A stretch of 64,000 nucleotides of DNA from an uncultured candidatus Porisulfidus sp. (GTDB taxonomy: Bacteria > Pseudomonadota > Gammaproteobacteria > Poriferisulfidales > Poriferisulfidaceae): the NCBI GenBank assembly GCA_965204575.1, contig OZ241993.1:352001-416000 (forward strand). Direction: 5' to 3'. The notes under the pieces are model-generated. The model was given only the letters and a program-made list of their open reading frames with translations. It had not been told where the DNA came from and ran no database searches. The position numbers were made by a program, and so were the translations under genes. Shown here in pieces: positions 51,245 through 59,878 of the stretch (positions are counted from its first letter, which is position 1; every line of letters starts with the position of its first letter).

Positions 51245-51810
51245 ATGCCTCTCGACGCAACCTGCAGAAACGAAAATTGATTCTGCTCGGCTGCGAGGGG
51301 AAGTCCGAACGTGCGTACGTCGCCCTACTGAACCGATTCGCACACGATGCCAGCCTTCCGGTGCAGATCCGGTCCCTGGGCTTGGAGCATGCCGGCGACC
51401 CTCTAGGCCGGGTGCGACTGCTACTGAAAAAAATAAGAGCGGAGAGAAAACAATATCACTGGGTGGGCATCCTTTTGGATTCCGACCAGACCCAAAGCAA
51501 ACACACGGAACCTCGCGTCCGTGAAGCTCGCCGTCTAGCGAAAGAGCACGATATCAACTTGGTTTGGCAAAACCCGTGCCACGAAGGATTGCTTCTCAGG
51601 CACATGCCGGGGCAGGAAAAAATCCAGCCGGTCAACTGTGCCGACGCACAGAAGAAGCTTGTCGTCATCTGGCGCGAATACCGAAAGCCCATGGCCGCAA
51701 ATCAACTGTCGAGCAGAATTCGTCTTGAAGATGCACAACGGGCGGCCCGCGTAGAGCCTGACTTGAAGGAACTTCTAAAGGCAACGGGACTACCGCTCTC
51801 TACTCGGTAG
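51241..51810 (+). CDS. RloB-like protein
   Basis: LGCEGKSE..Y, LDSD, NPCHEGLLLRH; ATGA overlap with the ATPase. Confidence 0.85.
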   Translation: MNASRRNLQKRKLILLGCEGKSERAYVALLNRFAHDASLPVQIRSLGLEHAGDPLGRVRLLLKKIRAERKQYHWVGILLDSDQTQSKHTEPRVREARRLAKEHDINLVWQNPCHEGLLLRHMPGQEKIQPVNCADAQKKLVVIWREYRKPMAANQLSSRIRLEDAQRAARVEPDLKELLKATGLPLSTR

Positions 51811-51842
51811 CCTCCGCACATACGTTGCCACGTTCTACTGAT

Positions 51843-52118
51843 TCATGACTCAGGCTTGCGAGCCTGGGCGATATCGTAGCTGTTTTGCATCCTCAACAGT
51901 GTGCCCTTGGAAACACCAAACGCCTTCTCAATCTTACCTGCCATTTCAGGAGAGAGAGCCGCGTATTCGTCGAAGAATGCAGACAACTCAGGGCGCGTGA
52001 CTCCCAGCACTCGTGCCGCCTCGGCCACCGACAAGCCCAACGGCTCGACAATCTCATACCTCACGAACCCTCCCGGGTGAGCCGGATTTTTCATCCGGAT
52101 TCCTTGCGTCTGGCTCAT
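51843..52118 (-). CDS. higA: HigA-family antitoxin (orphan)
   Basis: MKNPAHPG...LSVAEAARVLGVTR...LSPEMA..IEKAFG...LLRMQ..YD. Confidence 0.88.
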   Translation of the reverse strand: MSQTQGIRMKNPAHPGGFVRYEIVEPLGLSVAEAARVLGVTRPELSAFFDEYAALSPEMAGKIEKAFGVSKGTLLRMQNSYDIAQARKPES

Positions 52119-52206
52119 CGCTGATTTCCTGTTTTTATTTTGCGGCAGTCCCGATGAAAATTATAGGCTGGATTCAGCACCCTACCCTCTTTGTTCAATT
52201 GGGATT

Positions 52207-52238
52207 TTGGCAACAGATTTGTTGGCAACAAATCTGTT
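52207..52238. repeat. Perfect 13-bp inverted repeat overlapping a 9-bp direct repeat
   Basis: AACAGATTTGTTG-G-CAACAAATCTGTT (52212-52238); TTGGCAACA at 52207 and 52222. Confidence 0.85.
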
Positions 52239-52300
52239 TCAAACCTGTGCCGCCCGTCTACTTGCCCTATAACACCCAGTATTTGATCTGGCCACTTTCC

Positions 52301-53527
52301 TCAGTGTGCCGATACGCCATGCAGCCGCTCGGCACGACGGCGCAATAAGGCCACAGTCGCCAGCAAAAGAATCGAAATCAGGACGAAAATCGTCGCCACT
52401 GCCAGGATGGTCGGCGAGATCTGCTCCCGGATGCCGGAGAACATTTGGCGTGGAACCGTTCGCTGGGTCACGTCGCCGAGTTGCAGGATTACCACCACTT
52501 CGTCAAATGAAGTGATAAAGGCGAACAGGGCTCCGGATACCACGCCGGGAAGAATGATCGGCGTCTGTATCTTGAAGAAGGTCCGCACCGGCGAAGCACC
52601 GAGGCTGGTCGCCGCACGCACCAGGTTGTGGTCAAACCCGGCCAAGGAGGCCGTCACCGTAATCACCACGAACGGGACCCCAAGCACTGCATGCGCGAAG
52701 ATCAGTCCGGGATAAGTCTTGGCGAGCCCGACCTGGCTGAACGCGAAAAACAACCCGGATGCCGTAATGACCAATGGCACCACCATCGGTGAAATCAGCA
52801 ATGCCATCACGGTGCGCTTGAACGGCATTTCCGAACGACTGAGGCCGACCGCGGCCATCGTCCCGAGTGCCGTGGCCAAAAGGGTTGCCGGAATGCCGAT
52901 GATGAAGCTGTTCTTGATGGAACGCACCCACTGCGCGTTGTTCCACATGTCGGCCCACCAACCGACCTCCGCATCCGGCGCCACCATCCCATTGCGCACG
53001 ATGTCGGCATACCAGCGCAGGCTGAAGGCATCCGCTTCCAGATTCAGCATGCCGGCGGTAAAACTGAAATACGGTTCCTGGTTGAAGGACAAGGGCACCA
53101 CGACGAAGATCGGCACCACCAAGAACACGAAGATCAGCGCGCACACTCCCCGGAACATGTAAAACAGGAACACTTCGCGCGGCCCGGCATACTCCGGCAG
53201 GCCTGCCCGGTAGCGCCCGGTGGCAAGCCAAGCGGACGCCGATGCCAAAACCCACCCAAGTGCCAGCATCAGCAAGGCGAACGCCACGCCGTGTGTCGCG
53301 AGCCCCACCAGCGCGAGCGCAAGCATGCAGAACGAGCGTGCGACTCTAGGCGATTCGGGGTGAATCGCGGCCGGAAGCGACAGCAGGGCGAACAGCAAAG
53401 CGCCTGCCAGCATGTACGGCAACATCAACGCGGTGTCGCCGTATGCCGTGAGCAGCCCGACCAAGGCGCCCGCCAGACCGCACCAGGCCGCGGCAAATCG
53501 AACCGGGGGACGGATCGCCTCAAGCAC
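52301..53527 (-). CDS. Polyamine-type ABC permease (PotC-like)
   Basis: FSLRWY, LISPMVVP, AATSLGA, FITSFDEVV. Confidence 0.9.
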   Translation of the reverse strand: MLEAIRPPVRFAAAWCGLAGALVGLLTAYGDTALMLPYMLAGALLFALLSLPAAIHPESPRVARSFCMLALALVGLATHGVAFALLMLALGWVLASASAWLATGRYRAGLPEYAGPREVFLFYMFRGVCALIFVFLVVPIFVVVPLSFNQEPYFSFTAGMLNLEADAFSLRWYADIVRNGMVAPDAEVGWWADMWNNAQWVRSIKNSFIIGIPATLLATALGTMAAVGLSRSEMPFKRTVMALLISPMVVPLVITASGLFFAFSQVGLAKTYPGLIFAHAVLGVPFVVITVTASLAGFDHNLVRAATSLGASPVRTFFKIQTPIILPGVVSGALFAFITSFDEVVVILQLGDVTQRTVPRQMFSGIREQISPTILAVATIFVLISILLLATVALLRRRAERLHGVSAH

Positions 53528-53530
53528 GCC

Positions 53531-54817
53531 TCAGCCCAGCCTCATCCGGTCGATGCCGGATACGCGGTCGTACAGCCAGTACAGGAACATGACCAGCACC
53601 AGCAGGACGAAGCCCATTGCCGCCGCCAACGGCCAGTTGAGCGATCTCCGCATGTGGAAATCGATCAGGTTGGAAATCATCTGCCCATCCTGTCCCCCCA
53701 CCAAGGCCGGAGTGATGTAGTAACCGGTGGCAAGAATGAACACCAGCACCACGCCCGCACCGATGCCCGGCAGGGTCTGCGGCAGGTATACCCTCCAGAA
53801 GGCCACCCAACCGTTTGCGCCCAAACTATGCGCCGCCTGAACGTACGCCTTCGGTATGGTCCGCATGACCGCATACAGCGGCAGGATCATGAACGGCAAG
53901 AGAATGTGCGTCATGGCGACCAGGGTCCCGGTCCGGTTGTAGACCATGCTGAACCGGCTGTCGTCGCCGATGACCCCAAAAGCGACAAACAGGTCGTTCA
54001 GCACCCCGTTGCCCTGCAGGATCGCGATCCAGGCGGTGGTGCGCACCAGGATCGAGGTCCAGAACGGCAGCAGCACCAGAATCAGAAGCAGGTTCGTGCT
54101 TCGCTGAGGCAAGTTGGACAGCAGGTAGGCCACCGGATAGCCCAGCAGCAGGCAGAAGATCGTGACCAGTGCGGAGATCTCGATCGTACGCCAAAACAAC
54201 GTGAGATGGATGCGGCGTTTCTCATCCTGGCGACGAATGGAACCGTCGCCGCGGTACTTGAGATCCACGGAAGTCGCCAGATAGGTTGGCGTATACCGAG
54301 CGGCGGCGACGCGAAGCGCTTGCCAGGTCTCAAGCTGGCCCCATGCCGGTTTATGGTCAACCATCGCCTCCCTGTAAGGGGCCTCGAAGCGTGCCGCCTT
54401 GCGCGCCGTGGAAGTGAACAGGGACCGCCCCCCGGGCAGTTCCCGGTTGACCCGGGTCGCCACTTTGCCGATGGTTTTGTCTTTCCTCGCCTGCGCCAAG
54501 TCCTTCTGCAGGGCTGCGTACATGGCTTCGGTCGGCTCCGACACGCCGTCCCACGCCTCCAATACGGGCGTGCTGTGCGGCATGTATCGTGCGTAGGTGT
54601 CGTCATGGACTCCCTGCCACAGGAACACCAGCACCGGGATGATGAAAGCCGCGAGCAGGAAGGCCAGCAGCGGCAAGGTCAGCCCCAGGGCCCTGAGCCG
54701 GCGGACCATGAGCGCCCGTGCGAGTTTTGTTTTAAGTGGGACGCCGTCGACGATAATTGCCGGCTCGGGTGGGGCTGACGGAGTCACGATCAAACTATCC
54801 CTCGACCAGCCAAGCAT
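53531..54817 (-). CDS. Polyamine-type ABC permease (PotB-like)
   Basis: LGYPVAY, LLPFWTSILVRT.AW, LPFMILPLY, GYYITPALVGG; start uncertain. Confidence 0.9.
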   Translation of the reverse strand: MLGWSRDSLIVTPSAPPEPAIIVDGVPLKTKLARALMVRRLRALGLTLPLLAFLLAAFIIPVLVFLWQGVHDDTYARYMPHSTPVLEAWDGVSEPTEAMYAALQKDLAQARKDKTIGKVATRVNRELPGGRSLFTSTARKAARFEAPYREAMVDHKPAWGQLETWQALRVAAARYTPTYLATSVDLKYRGDGSIRRQDEKRRIHLTLFWRTIEISALVTIFCLLLGYPVAYLLSNLPQRSTNLLLILVLLPFWTSILVRTTAWIAILQGNGVLNDLFVAFGVIGDDSRFSMVYNRTGTLVAMTHILLPFMILPLYAVMRTIPKAYVQAAHSLGANGWVAFWRVYLPQTLPGIGAGVVLVFILATGYYITPALVGGQDGQMISNLIDFHMRRSLNWPLAAAMGFVLLVLVMFLYWLYDRVSGIDRMRLG

Positions 54818-55907
54818 TGAATCTTTCGTTCAACTCATCCAAGTAATCCGCCCAGAACTCCACGTCCTGCCAAATCACGGTCTTCAGGTGGCCCGGCCAG
54901 GTCGGCATATGCGGCTGCATGTCCAGCTCGGGGTTGGAATGATGGGACCCGATCATTTCGGAAGCGGTGCGCCGTACCGGCGCATAGGAGATCCACGACG
55001 CCTGCACCGCCATGTTTTCAGGCTTGGAGGCGAATGCGATGAAGTCGAGTGCCAGATCCCGGTTCGGGGCTCCCTTCACAATCGCCCAATGCCCGATCTC
55101 CAGCACCTGTGCATCCCAAACGATGGCCAAGGAACGGCCTTCCAACTCGGATGCGTCGAAGATCCGCCCGTTGTAGGCCATACTCATCACCACTTCGCCA
55201 TCCGCCAGCAACTGCGGCGCATGAGAGCTGGCTTCCCACCACACGACTTGCTCCTTGATGCCGTTCAACCGAGCGAAGGCACGATCGACCCCTTCCGGAG
55301 TTGCCAACACCTCGTAGACCTGATCCGGGGGGACTCCGTCGGCCACCAATGCCATCTCCAGGGAGGCCTTGGGACTCCTGCGCATACCCCGTCGACCAGG
55401 AAATTTTTCCAGATCGAAAAAATCGCGGATGGTGGTCGGCCCCGGTGACAGCCGATCCTGATCGTAGGCGAACACCATTGACGCCACTATGTGTCCGATC
55501 ATGCAGGAGCTAATGGCCCTCTCGGGAAAATCCTGCTCGGCGGGAGTCCCGTTCGGTGCCGGGGGCAGGATGGAAGGATCAATCTCCTCCAGCAATCCTT
55601 CATCGCACCCTAAAAGTCCCTCGGCAGCCTCGATATCCACGACATCCCAAGTGACGTTTCCGGCCAGGACCTGCGACTTGATTTCGGACAAGCCCCCACT
55701 GTAGTCCTCGGACAGGATCCGGTGGCCGGCGCGAGCCATCCACGGCTTGTGGTAAGCCTCCACCTGGCTCTGGGTATAGGGACCGCCCCAAGAGACCACA
55801 GTCAGGTCGCCCGCCACCGCGCCCGATACCGTAAGCCAAGCTCCTGCAGCAAGAAAAAAGACAACAAAGAGCCTCTTCGGCGGTCGTGTCCGCGCCACCT
55901 CACTCAC
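54795..55907 (-). CDS. Polyamine-type ABC substrate-binding protein, copy 2
   Basis: VSWGGPY, WDVVD, DFFDLEKFPGRRG, ALVADGV, YNGRI; GTG start inferred. Confidence 0.88.
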   Translation of the reverse strand: MSEVARTRPPKRLFVVFFLAAGAWLTVSGAVAGDLTVVSWGGPYTQSQVEAYHKPWMARAGHRILSEDYSGGLSEIKSQVLAGNVTWDVVDIEAAEGLLGCDEGLLEEIDPSILPPAPNGTPAEQDFPERAISSCMIGHIVASMVFAYDQDRLSPGPTTIRDFFDLEKFPGRRGMRRSPKASLEMALVADGVPPDQVYEVLATPEGVDRAFARLNGIKEQVVWWEASSHAPQLLADGEVVMSMAYNGRIFDASELEGRSLAIVWDAQVLEIGHWAIVKGAPNRDLALDFIAFASKPENMAVQASWISYAPVRRTASEMIGSHHSNPELDMQPHMPTWPGHLKTVIWQDVEFWADYLDELNERFNAWLVEG

Positions 55908-56980
55908 TCGATCAGCCAGGCATTGAAGCGTTCGTTCAATTCGTCGACATGATCGGCCCAGAATTCCTCGTCGTGCCAAATCACGGTCTTCATGTTGCCC
56001 GGCCAGGTGGGAAGGTGCGGCCCCATCTTCAGGTCGGGGTCGGCATGGTAGCTCCCGACCAGTTTGGCGGCAGACTTGCGTACCGGTGCATAGGAAATCC
56101 ACGACGCCTGGACGGCCATGTTTTCAGGCATGGAGGCAAATCTGATGAAGTCCAATGCCAGTTCCAGATTCGGGGCCCCCTTCACGACCACCCAGTTGTC
56201 CATCGCCAGCACCTGTGCATCCCAGACCATGGCGAGCGGCTGGCCTTCCGCCGCAAACGCATTGAAGATGCGGCCGTTGTAGGCCGTGCTCATGACCACC
56301 TCGCCATCGACCAGCAACTGCGGCGGCTGGGCACCCACCTCCCACCACAGGACATGCGCCTTGATGCTGTCCAGCTTGGCAAAAGCGCGGTCGATCCCCT
56401 GCGGGGTCGCCATCACCTCGTAAACCCGGTCCGCCGGGACGCCGTCGGCCACCAGTGCGATCTCGAGATTGACCTTGGGAGTTTTGCGCATGCCGCGCCG
56501 ACCCGGGAACTGCTCCAGGTCGAAGAAATCCTGAATGGTGCTCGGAGGTGGCGACAATCGTTCCTGGTTGTAGGCATAGGCTGTCGACCAGATGACGGTG
56601 CCGATGGCGCAGTCGCCGATGGTGCCCTCAAGAAAATCCTCTTCGGCCGGCGTCCCGTCCGAAGCCGCAGGCAGGATGGCTGGATCAATTTCTTCGAACA
56701 ATCCCTCGTCGCACCCCAAGATGGCTTCGGCGTCCTCGACATCCACGATGTCCCAGGTAACGTTGCCAGCCTCAACCTGCGCCTTGACTTCGGACAGGCC
56801 GCCGCTGTAGTCCTCGGACAGGACCCGGTGGCCGGTGCGGGCCATCCACGGTTTGAAATAAGCCTCGGTCTGGCTCTTGGTGTAGGCACCGCCCCAGGAG
56901 ACGATGGTCAAGTCGTCCGCCGATGCGGTCGTTACCGCGAAACAGAGACCTGCAGCGCAGAACAACGCGAAAGACTTCAT
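55904..56980 (-). CDS. Polyamine-type ABC substrate-binding protein, copy 1
   Basis: Signal peptide, VSWGGAY, DFFDLEQFPGRRG, YNGRI. Confidence 0.9.
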   Translation of the reverse strand: MKSFALFCAAGLCFAVTTASADDLTIVSWGGAYTKSQTEAYFKPWMARTGHRVLSEDYSGGLSEVKAQVEAGNVTWDIVDVEDAEAILGCDEGLFEEIDPAILPAASDGTPAEEDFLEGTIGDCAIGTVIWSTAYAYNQERLSPPPSTIQDFFDLEQFPGRRGMRKTPKVNLEIALVADGVPADRVYEVMATPQGIDRAFAKLDSIKAHVLWWEVGAQPPQLLVDGEVVMSTAYNGRIFNAFAAEGQPLAMVWDAQVLAMDNWVVVKGAPNLELALDFIRFASMPENMAVQASWISYAPVRKSAAKLVGSYHADPDLKMGPHLPTWPGNMKTVIWHDEEFWADHVDELNERFNAWLIE

Positions 56981-57008
56981 GGTTACCTCACAAATTCGAC
57001 GGGTTTCG

Positions 57009-58088
57009 CTATGGTAGTGCATCCAGTGCGCGACAGTCCTCGGTATTCCAGCTGACCGGCGTCTCCTGGCCCACTTTCAGGTGCTCATGGCCTGCCGCGT
57101 TGGGCATCTTGACAATAAAATCGTCATGGCCCAGCACCCTCATGCGGCAACGGATGTGGTCGCCAAGGTAAATCAATTCCTCCACCACCGCATCGAACCG
57201 GTTTTCTCCTGCTTCGCCGATAAACACCCGCTCCGGACGGATCGACAACGTGGTCGGAGTGCCCATGCCACTGCAATTGACCGCCAAGGCCCGGCCGCGG
57301 CCGGAGTCTTCGATCGAGACCTCGGCCACGCCGTCGTGGACGCTTTCGACCCGGCCGTACAATCGGTTGTTCTCTCCGATGAAGCGCGCGACAAAAGCAG
57401 TCTCCGGGCATTCGTAGAGGGTTTCCGGGTCGGAATCCTGCTGGATGGAGCCATCCTTGAACACGGCGATCCGGGTCGACATGGTCAGGGCCTCGGATTG
57501 GTCGTGCGTCACATAGACGATGGTCACGCCCAACTGGTCGTGCAGATGCTTGATTTCGTACTGCATGTGCTCACGCAATTGACGGTCCAGTGCCCCCAAA
57601 GGCTCATCCATCAGCACCAGTTCCGGTCGGAACACCAAGGCGCGGGCTAACGCGGCGCGTTGCTGTTGCCCTCCCGACAGCTCGGACGGGCGGCGATTGC
57701 CGAACCGCCCCATCTCCACCATCTGCAATGCCTCGCGCACTCGCTCCTCGACCTCGGAGCGTCCCATCCGGCGCACTTGCAACGGGAATGCAAGATTCTC
57801 ATTGACCGTCATATGCGGGAACAGGGCGTAATTCTGGAATACCACGCCGATGCCCAGTTGGTGCGGAGGCACGGAATTCACCGGGCGGCCGTCGAGACGG
57901 ATCTCCCCATGCGTGACGGTCTCGAATCCAGCCAACATCATCAGGCTGGACGTCTTGCCCGAGCCGGACGGCCCGAGCAGGGTCATGAATTCACCGCGGG
58001 GGATGCTCAGGTTGAGGTTCGCAACCGCCAGAGTCTCACCGTCATAGCTTTTCTGAACCTGGTCGAACTCCACGAACGGGCGCATCAT
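57009..58088 (-). CDS. Polyamine-type ABC ATPase (PotA-like)
   Basis: GPSGSGKT, VFQNYALFPHM, LSGGQQQR, MDEPL, YVTHDQ; ATG overlaps the tnpB stop. Confidence 0.93.
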   Translation of the reverse strand: MMRPFVEFDQVQKSYDGETLAVANLNLSIPRGEFMTLLGPSGSGKTSSLMMLAGFETVTHGEIRLDGRPVNSVPPHQLGIGVVFQNYALFPHMTVNENLAFPLQVRRMGRSEVEERVREALQMVEMGRFGNRRPSELSGGQQQRAALARALVFRPELVLMDEPLGALDRQLREHMQYEIKHLHDQLGVTIVYVTHDQSEALTMSTRIAVFKDGSIQQDSDPETLYECPETAFVARFIGENNRLYGRVESVHDGVAEVSIEDSGRGRALAVNCSGMGTPTTLSIRPERVFIGEAGENRFDAVVEELIYLGDHIRCRMRVLGHDDFIVKMPNAAGHEHLKVGQETPVSWNTEDCRALDALP

Positions 58089-58235
58089 AATGTGTGGAAA
58101 TCGGGGGGTGAGCCCCGGTAATTCCACGACATCGTTGACGGATCACTGACGGTGTCCACTAGGCATTCCATGAAGAATGCCCCCGCTTCGTTGTCCTCTC
58201 CCCGTCCCGTCACCGGAGCGCCTCCGGCCAGGAGC
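58085..58235 (-). ncRNA. Putative omegaRNA scaffold overlapping the tnpB 3' end
   Basis: Terminal stem ATGT-GTGGAA/TTCCAC-ACAT, GACGG/CCGTC pairing and GATCCGTCAA motif matching element 1. Confidence 0.6.
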
Positions 58236-59488
58236 CTGTTCAATCCCAGGTCCAGGATGTTTCGCGCGGCATTGATGTCCGCGTTGTCCATGTGTCCGCA
58301 GGCCAGGCACTTGAAGTGCGCCTGCTCCTTTCGGTTGTCTTTGTCCACGTGCCCGCACTCCGCGCACGCCCGGCTGGTGTTCCGCGCTGGCACCCTGATG
58401 AGGTCCATCGCCTTGTACTGCAGGAAGCGGTTCATCAGCCCCATGCATGCCTTCTGCGCCAGCTTCCGGTTCAGCCCCGACTTCGCGTTCACGTGTCGCC
58501 CCGGCTTCTCTTTCGTGCCCCGAGCCGACTTCATCATGGCCTTCACGTCCAGGTCCTCCAGCACAATGTGCTGAAAGTTCTGTGCCAGCCAAGCCGAGGC
58601 GTGGTGGCTAAAGTCCTGACGCACCCCGGCCGCCTTGCGTTTCGCCTTCGCCGCACGCTGCTGCAACCGCAGCCGCCGGTTCGAGGCCACCTTGACCACC
58701 CGGCCCGACTTCGTGCGCACCGCCTCCCCGTTGGCACCCTTCAACTCGAGTAACTTCCGATGGCTCGCCCGCCACTGGTAATGCCGGGCCCGTGACTCGT
58801 GCTTCTCAATCAATTCATGTGGAATCAGGATGATCTTTCTTCCCCCGGCCCACGAAATGGCAATGTTTTCGGTATTACGGTCGACTCCGCATACTCCGCC
58901 ATGCCAGCGCCAGTCCGGGTCTTCCACCTCCCACAGCACCGACACGTACCACTTGTCTCCTTCCTGGTACACCACCGCGGTCCGCGCTTCGCCATCGCCC
59001 CAAGGATCAACGCCCCGCGTCCGCGACTGGGCCTTGCGGTTCATTCGCACCCAGCCCACCTTCGGAACCCGCAGACGCTTGTTCTGCACCTTCACGTCAT
59101 CCGGGATCGTGAACGACTCCCGGCTGATGCCCTTGACCTTGAAGCGTGGCGGCCCGGCTTCCTTCCCGCGCTTGCCTTCCCGGAGCCGTCGGCGAAAATG
59201 GGAGAAAGCGACCCCCAAGGAAAACGCGCCCGAGCTGCGCACGATAGGACAAGACAACTCTCGCAGCCACTCGTTGCCTTCCTGCGCCTTCAGTTGGATG
59301 AACCGCCTCCCGAATTCAAACGGGAAAGCCCCTGGCTTCTCCCTCTCGCCGGCCTTGAACCGCTTGTATTCTCGCTTTTGCTCGGCCAGCAACTCGTTGT
59401 AGACGAACCGGGCGGCTCCGCACAACCGGGCGAACTGGCGCTCCTGCGTCTGGTTCGGATACAGACGGTAGCGGGAGGCTCGGTGCAT
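58085..59488 (-). CDS. tnpB: TnpB RNA-guided endonuclease (IS200/IS605 family)
   Basis: YRLYPN; RuvC D (CGVDRN), E (VLEDL), D (NADINAA); zinc finger CAEC...CLAC. Confidence 0.93.
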   Translation of the reverse strand: MHRASRYRLYPNQTQERQFARLCGAARFVYNELLAEQKREYKRFKAGEREKPGAFPFEFGRRFIQLKAQEGNEWLRELSCPIVRSSGAFSLGVAFSHFRRRLREGKRGKEAGPPRFKVKGISRESFTIPDDVKVQNKRLRVPKVGWVRMNRKAQSRTRGVDPWGDGEARTAVVYQEGDKWYVSVLWEVEDPDWRWHGGVCGVDRNTENIAISWAGGRKIILIPHELIEKHESRARHYQWRASHRKLLELKGANGEAVRTKSGRVVKVASNRRLRLQQRAAKAKRKAAGVRQDFSHHASAWLAQNFQHIVLEDLDVKAMMKSARGTKEKPGRHVNAKSGLNRKLAQKACMGLMNRFLQYKAMDLIRVPARNTSRACAECGHVDKDNRKEQAHFKCLACGHMDNADINAARNILDLGLNRLLAGGAPVTGRGEDNEAGAFFMECLVDTVSDPSTMSWNYRGSPPDFHTL

Positions 59489-59878
59489 GATGGACCTACT
59501 CTAGCACGGGTGTTTCACACGAAATCTTTAAGCCCCTACGAACGCAGTATCCGTCATGATCGGCACTCCCGATGCCGGCAAACCCCTCTCGGTTTCGTCC
59601 CGCGGGTGCCGGAGAGAACACTCCCCTGCTTCAATCTCGCGGCAACCCGCAGTCCGAGGAAAACGATACGTTTTATTGTACATAGATGCGAAGCAGGCAA
59701 AGCCTAGGGTGGCGTCCGACAGCCCCCGGTCGTCATAAAACATTCATCTCTTATTTTTATGCTCCTGTCATGCGCATCCGCGAATCTAGCCACCAAGAAG
59801 TCCGGGACCCAGGGGCAAAGGGCCGTATGTTTCCTGATTAAAAGGTCAGGGCTTTCGCTTTTGACCCGCATGGCTCGG

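Larger units (their letters stand above)
58085..59553 (-). mobile_element. Non-autonomous tnpB-only element inserted at the potA start
   Basis: A stranded GGGAG-N8-ATG ACG GAT ACT GCG TTC GTA lies upstream of tnpB; ATGA at both junctions (58085-58088, 59554-59557), or alternatively CGTTCGT (58072-58078, 59538-59544). Confidence 0.75.
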
